Source: the human T2T-CHM13v2.0 reference genome, Homo sapiens. Taken from it: a stretch of 64,000 bases of DNA. Below, in pieces: positions 55,406 to 64,000 of the stretch. The position numbers and the translations under genes were made by a program. How positions within the stretch are numbered: position 1 is the stretch's first letter; every line of letters starts with the position of its first letter. Location: NCBI RefSeq assembly GCF_009914755.1, contig NC_060944.1. One strand, written 5' to 3'. The notes beneath the pieces were generated by a model. It had not been told where the DNA came from and searched no databases. It saw only the letters and a program-made list of their open reading frames with translations.

Positions 55406-55693
55406 TGTTTGTTTGGTGTCTTTTTTTTTTTGAGACGAAGCTTCCCTCTCATTTCCCAAGCTGGAATGCAGTGGCATGATCTCGGCTCACCACAACATCC
55501 ACCTCCCGGGTTCAAGAGATTCACCTGCCTCAGCCTCTCAAGTATCTGAGATTACAGGTGTCCACGACAACGCCAGCGAACTTTTTGTATTTTTAGTAGA
55601 AATGGGGTTTCACCATGTTGGCCAGGCTGGTCTCGAACTCCTGACCACAGGTGATCCACCCACCTCGGCCTCCCAAAGTGCTGGGATTACAGG
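55406..55693 (-). mobile_element. AluSq/Sp-like, 5'-truncated
   Basis: Antisense Alu. TSD caatttgttttt at 55394-55405 / 55695-55706. Confidence 0.88.
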
Positions 55694-56318
55694 ACAATTT
55701 GTTTTTATTTATCATTTGGCTTTTGACTTTGCTTGTCATAATTTTTACCACACAAGATTTTAAAATTTTTATGTAGTTAAATTAATACTTCATAGCTGCT
55801 AGCTGTGGGGTCATGATTTGAAAGTCTTCCCTACATCAAGATTTTAAGTATTTTTTCCTAATTATTCATGTTTTCAGTTTTCATATTTAAACCTTTGATG
55901 CTTTGAAAATTCATTTTGGTGTAAGATGTAAGAGGTGAATTAAATGTAATTGTTTTTCCACTCATCTATCCTGGTATCCTAATACTATTCAAAATGATTC
56001 ATCTTTTTAACCTTTTTATGTATGAAATGTGTATATGTATTTGGATCTATTTCTAGACTTTCTCTTTGGCCAAAGGGATCTTTCTGTCTACACGTTTTCA
56101 AATAATAAAATAAATCATGCTGTAAAACGTGAATTCTGAGTTCCTGTGTGCTACTCTCACAGAAAGGAAACAAAAGAACTAGTGAACACTGACTCTGCAG
56201 CTGATCATCTGAGAAACCATGTCGGGATCCATCAAGGCAGTGGGGGACACAGCAGAGAGGAGCCACGCCGGGCAGCAGCTTGTATGAGCTCAGCACAGAG
56301 TGAGGAGAATTTCTCCGA

Positions 56319-56365
56319 ATGAGTGAGTGAGTGAGTGACTGAGTGAGTGAGTGAGTGAATGAGTG
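56319..56365. repeat. Imperfect (GAGT)n in the L1 5'UTR
   Basis: Visible tetranucleotide run. Confidence 0.9.
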
Positions 56366-56647
56366 CCCCTGGGGGATGCGTGCTCTCCACGGGGACTAGT
56401 GCAAGACTGGGAATGGGAGAATCCCCTGGCCCTTCCACAGCCCCCACCACCACACGGCTTCTAGACTGAGGCAGAGAGCCACCTAGACATTGTGCGGGGG
56501 TAACTCTCAAGACAAAAAGGGACCTCTACAAGCCTTGGGCCCCACAGCAGACCAGCACCAGCACCAAGCCCCAATAGAGGTCACAGTCATGGTACCCGGG
56601 AGCAGTAGGGTTGCTCTACCACCCCTCACTGAACAGGGCTTACTGCC

Positions 56648-57152
56648 AGGCTTCTGGTCCAGCAATCCTGCTTCTGCCTGAACTCAGCCAGCAGCTGCAG
56701 CTTCCTGCTGTCCTGGGAAGTATCCGGATGTCAAAGCAGGTGACTCCACCCACCCCTGTCACTGACAGCCAGACAGGCAATGCCTGCTAGCGTTGCTGGT
56801 CCAACCGTCCCACTTCTACCTGAACTCAACTGGCAGGCACAGCCTCTGTTGTCCTGGAAAACACCTAGACAGCAGGAAAGACCACCACACCCACCCTCAG
56901 CACTGGCAGCCAGGAGCACAATGCCTGCTAGAGCTTCCAGCCCAGCGGTCCTCTTTCTTCCTGAGTTTGCTAAGGGATGTAGCCTCCTGTTGCCCCAGAA
57001 ACACCAGGATGGCAGGGCAGGTAACCCCACCCACCCCACCTCTCTTAGCCAGATAGGCAACACCTACTAGAGCCTTAAGCCCAGGGGTCCCACTTCTGCC
57101 TGAACTCTGCAGCAGGTGCAACCCCATGTTCCCTTGGGAAGCATTCAGACAG
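56648..57152 (+). repeat. Tandem repeat of about 140 bp (about 3.5 copies) in the L1 5'UTR
   Basis: cctga(a/g) unit starts at 56677, 56819, 56960 and 57099; each full unit has cacccacccc/t and cc(t)gctag/cctactag. Confidence 0.85.
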
Positions 57153-57429
57153 TAGATTAGGACCAACCTGGCTAGGATACAGCCTGTCTGCCAACTACAG
57201 TCCTTGCCTGAGGAAGCCTTGTGGCCCAGAACACCCAACAAAAGAAACATGGGCACAGAGACAGTAATTGAATGGGGCACCTTCAAGACCCAGGAGCAGA
57301 CTAGAATAAAAGCCAGTTGAGTGAACCCACCTTATACCACAATCAAATCCCCAAGGACATCCAAAACAATAAAAGCAAAAAAACAATCCAAAAGACAGCA
57401 ACTTCAAAGACTGAAGGAACATCAGCCCA

Positions 57430-58440
57430 CACAGATGAGAAAGAACCAGTGCAAGAAGTCAAGGAATTCAAAAAGCCAGAGAGTCTTCTTATTTCCAAAC
57501 AACCACACTTGTTCCCAGCAATGGTCCTTAACCAAGCTGAAATGTTAGAAACAGAATTCAGATTATGGATAGGAATAAAGATCATTAACATTCAGGAGAA
57601 AGTTGAAACCCAATCCAAGGAATCTAAGGGGTACAATAAAATGACACAAGAGATAAAAGATAAAATGGCCATTTTAAGAAAGAACCAGATTAAACCAAGA
57701 GAGCTGAAAAATTAACTGAGAGTTGAAAAATTCACTTTAAGAGTTTCATAATACATTGCAAGTATTAACAGCAAAACTGGTGAAGCTGAGGAAATAATCT
57801 CAGAGCTTGAAGACTGGTCTCCAAAATAACTAAGTCAGAAAAAATAAAATAAAATAATAAAGAAGAATGAACAAAACCTCTGAGAAATATGGGATTATGT
57901 GAAAAGACCAAATTTATGACTCACTGGTGTTATTGAGAGGGAGAGAAAGCAAGCAACTTGGAAAGCATATTTGAAGATATTATACATGAAAATTTCCCCA
58001 ATCTCACTAGAGAGGCCAACATTTAAATTCAGGAAATGCAAATAACCCCTGTAAGATACTACACAAGACGACCATCCCCAAGACAAATAGTCCTCAGATC
58101 CTCCAAGGTCAAAATGAAAGAAAAATTGTTAAAGGCAGCTAGAGAGAAGGGTTTGGTCACCTATAAAAGGAATCTTATCAGGCTAACAGCAGATCTTTCA
58201 GCAGAAACTCTACAAGCTGGAAGAAATTTGGGGCCTATACTCAGTATTTGTAAGGAAAAGAAATTCCAACCAAGAATTTCATATCTAGACAAACTAAGCT
58301 TCATAAGGAAAGAGTAATAAAATTCTTTTTAGAAAAGCAAATGCTAAGAGAATTTGTTACCACCTGACTGCCTTACAAGAAGTCCTTAAGGGAGTGCTGA
58401 ATGTGGAAAGGAATGATTGATACCAGTAACTGCAAAAACA
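57430..58440 (+). pseudogene. Disrupted L1 ORF1p
   Basis: ORF 58036..58317 (RPSPRQIVLR...KEKLLKAAREKG...IRLTADLSAETLQA...FQPRISY) is the ORF1p RRM/CTD region; frameshifted. Confidence 0.88.
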
Positions 58441-59683
58441 TACTTAAATACATATAGCATTGACACCATAAACACACACACACACACACACACAATAAAA
58501 TCATCCAAATAACCAGCTAAGAACATGAAGACAGGATCAAACCCACACATATCAATATTAACCTTGAACATAAATGGGCTAAATTCCCCCAATTAAAAGG
58601 CAAGTTTGATAAAGAAGCAAGACCCAACTGTATGCTCTCTAGAAGAGACTCGTCTCACACATATGGATATGAATGATATCCATAGGTTCAAAGTAAAGAG
58701 ATGGAGAAAAATCTACCAAGTAAATGGAAATCAAAAAGAAGCAGGGTTTTCTCTTCTAATTTCAGACAAAACAGACTTTAAGCCAATAAGATTGATAAAG
58801 ACAAAGAAGGGCATTACATAATGGTAAAGAGTTCAATTCAATAAGAAGATCTAACTATCCTAAATATATATCCACCCAACACTACAGCACCCAGATTCAG
58901 AAAGCAAATTCTTAAGAGACCTACAAAGAGACTTAGATAACCACATAATAATAGTGAGAGACTTCAGCACTCAACTGATAATACGAGGCAGATCATCAAG
59001 GCAGAAAACTGATGAAGATATTCAGGACATGAGCTCAACATTTTACCAAATGAGCCCAACAGATATCTACAGAATTCTCCACCCCAAAACAAAAGAATAT
59101 ACATTCTTCTCATCTGCACATGGCACATACTATAAAATAGACCACACAATCGGCCATAAAACAATCCTCAGCAAACTCCAAAAAACTAAAATCATACCAA
59201 ACTCACTCTCAGACCACAGTACAACACAAATAGAAATCAATACCAAGAAAATCACTCAAAACCATACAAGTAAATAAAAATTAAACAACCTGCTCCTGAA
59301 TGACTTTTGGGTAAGCAATAAAATTAAGGTAGAAATCAAGAAATTCTTTGAAATTAATAAGAATAACAATGATACAACATACCAGAATCTCTGGGACACA
59401 GATAAAGAATGTTATGAGGAAAGTTCATAGTGCTAAAGGCCCACATCAAAAAGTTAGAAAGGTCTCAGTTTAACAACCTAATGTCACATCTAGAGGAACC
59501 AGAAAAATAAGAGCAAACCAACTGAAAGCTAGTGAAAGAAAAGAAGTAATCAAAATCAAGGCTTAACTGAAGGAAACTGAGATGTCAAAAACCATACAAA
59601 AGATCAACAAATCCAGGATATGAATCTTTTAAAGAATAAATAAGATTGACAGGCTGCTAGCTAGACTAATAAAGAATAAAAGA

Positions 59684-60016
<333 letters not shown>

Positions 60017-61191
60017 TCAGAAACAACAAAGGGGACATTACTATTGACACAATAGAAATACAAAAAAAAAAAAAACTTCAGAAACTACTCTGAACACCTC
60101 TATGCATGTGAACTGGAAAACCCAGAAAAAATGGATAAATTCCTGGAAACATACAGTCTTCCAAGATTGAACCAGAAAATACTGAATACCCGAACAGACC
60201 AATAACAAGTTCTGAAACTGAATCAGTAATAAAAAGCTTGCCAGACAGAAAAAGCCCAGAACCAGACAGATTTACAGCCATATTTTACCAGATATATAAA
60301 AAGGAGTTGGTACAATTTCTACTGAAACCATTCCCAAAAATTAAGGAGCGGAGTCTCCTCCTTAACTTATTATATAAGACCAGCATCATCCTGATACCAA
60401 AACCTGGCAGAGACACAACAAAAAAAGAAAACTTCAGGCCAATATCCTTGATAAACATAGATGCAAAAATCCTCAAAAAACACTACCGAATCAAATCCAG
60501 CAACACATTGAAAAGCTAATCCACCACCATCATGTAGGCTTTATCACTGGGATGCAAGGTTGGTTCAACATATGAAAATCAATAAATGTGATTCACCACA
60601 TAAACAGAACTATAAACAAAGGCCAATAACCATCTCAATAGATTCAGAAAAAGATTTTGATAAAATTCAACATCCCTTCATACTAAAAATCCTCAGCAAA
60701 CTAGGCATTGAAGGAACATGCTTCAAAATAATAAGAGCCATCTATGAAAAATCCACAGCCAACATCATACTGAATGGGCAAAATCTGGAAGCATTCCCCT
60801 TGAGAACAGGAATAAGACAAGGATGCCCACTCTCACCACTCCTATTTAACATAGTACTGGTAGTCCTAACCAGAGCAACCAGGTAAGAGAAAGAAATAAA
60901 AGAAGAAATGAAAAGAATCCAAATAGGAAGGGAGGAAGTCGAACTATCTCTATTTGCATGTGATATGATTCTATACCTAGAAAACCCCATAGTCTGCCTG
61001 AAAGCTCCTAGAAGTGATAAACAACTTAAGATTTCAGGATACAAAATCAATGTACAAAAAACAGTAGCATTTCTATACATTAACAACGTTCAAGCTGAGA
61101 GCCAAATCAAGAATTTAACCCCATTCACAATAGCCACAAAAAGAATAAAATAACCAGGAATATAGCTAGCCAGGGAGGTTAAAGGTCTCTA

Positions 61192-61461
<270 letters not shown>

Positions 61462-62285
61462 TCAAGATTTTTAAAATGGCCACATTACCCAAAGCAATTT
61501 ACAGATTTAGTGCTATTCCTATCAAACTACCAATGACATTCCTCACAGAATTAGAAAAAAAAAACTATTTTAAAAATCACATGGAACCAAAAAAGGCTTG
61601 AATAGTTAAGGTAATTCTAAGCCAAAAAAAAAAAAAAACAAAGCTGGAAGAATCATGTTACCCAACTTCAAACTATCTTACAAGGCTACAGTAATCAAAA
61701 CAGCATGGTACTGGTGCAAAAACACTCACATAGACCAATGGAAAAGAATAGAGAACCCAGAAATAAACCTGCACACCTACAATCTTCTGATCTTTGTCAA
61801 AGTTGACCAAAAAGAACAATGGGGAAATGATTTTCTATTCAACAAATGGTGCTGGAGTAACTGGCTAGCCATATGCAGAAGACTGAAGCTAGACCTCTTC
61901 CTTACACCATAAACAAAAACTAACTCAAGATCAATTAAAGACTTAAATGTAAAACCTGAAACTATAAAACCCTGGAAGATAACCTAGGAGCCTAGCAAAG
62001 ATTTAATGACAAATACACCAAAAGCAATTATGACAAAGACAAAAATTGACAAAGAGGACCTAATTAAACTAAAGAGCTTCTGCACAGTTTAAAAGAAACT
62101 ACCAAGAAAATAAACAGACAACATACAGAATGGGAGAAAACATTCACAAACTATGCATCTGACAAAGGTCTAATATCCAGTATCTATACGGAACTTAAAC
62201 AAATTAACAAGCAAAAATCAAACAACCCCATTAAAAAGTGGGCAAAGCACATGAACACACAATTTTCAAAAAAAAGAAAAAAACA

Positions 62286-63597
<1,312 letters not shown>

Positions 63598-64000
63598 AAG
63601 AACAGAAGTACCACTCAACCCAGCAATCCCATTACTGAGAATATACCCAGAGGAATATAAATCATTCTACCATAAAGACACATGCATGTATGTGTTCATC
63701 ACAGCACTACACAATAGCAAAGTCAGGGAATCAACCTAAATGCTCATCAAGAGCAGACTGGATAAAGAATATGTGGCACATATACGTCATGGAATACTAC
63801 ACAGCCATAAAAATGAATGAGATCATGATCTTTGCAGAGGCATGGATGGAGCTGGAGGTCATAATCCTAAGTCAACTAACATAGGAACAGGAAATCAAGC
63901 ACGGCATGTTCTCACTTGTGAGATGGAGCTAAACACTGAGTACACATGAACACAAAGAAGAGAACAACAGACATCTGGATCTACTTGAGGGTGGAGGGTG

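Larger units (their letters stand above)
54430..56125 (-). mobile_element. Old L1ME/MC fragment interrupted by MLT1 and Alu
   Basis: Antisense 3'UTR/ORF2 motifs (ccattgatgggtatttgggtcatttccag; tttggatctatttctagactttct). Confidence 0.55.

Noticed and set aside
56731-57286. Cluster of overlapping Pro/Ala/Gly-rich ORFs
   Set aside because: Products of the GC-richer L1 5'UTR tandem repeat; no recognisable protein.

Overview
This is primate genomic DNA, almost certainly human because it carries an AluYa5. It is AT-rich, has no CpG island, and contains no recognisable protein-coding gene, RNA gene or CRISPR array. It reads as an intergenic or intronic region dominated by transposon fossils: 11 Alu/FLAM elements, L1 copies of many ages, L2 and MIR, MaLR/ERVL/ERV1 solo LTRs, Tigger3 and MER5. 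A near-full-length old L1 (L1PA15/16-like) runs from about 56.1 kb off the right edge. Nearly all ORFs over 100 aa are L1 ORF1/ORF2 remnants, Alu antisense frames or other repeat frames. I found no evidence of a new gene system. The most interesting signals are records of local DNA copying: (1) apparent ectopic gene conversion between two L1PA7-like copies 20 kb apart; (2) two 140-160 bp templated duplications placed 1.6-2.1 kb from their source, one inside an L1MA; (3) three twin-primed L1s, one with only a 12-nt inversion; (4) fold-back template-switch scars; (5) a very young, possibly polymorphic AluYa5. Subfamily names are from recalled consensus features and old-repeat boundaries are approximate. 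Identities are hand counts; no database search was run.
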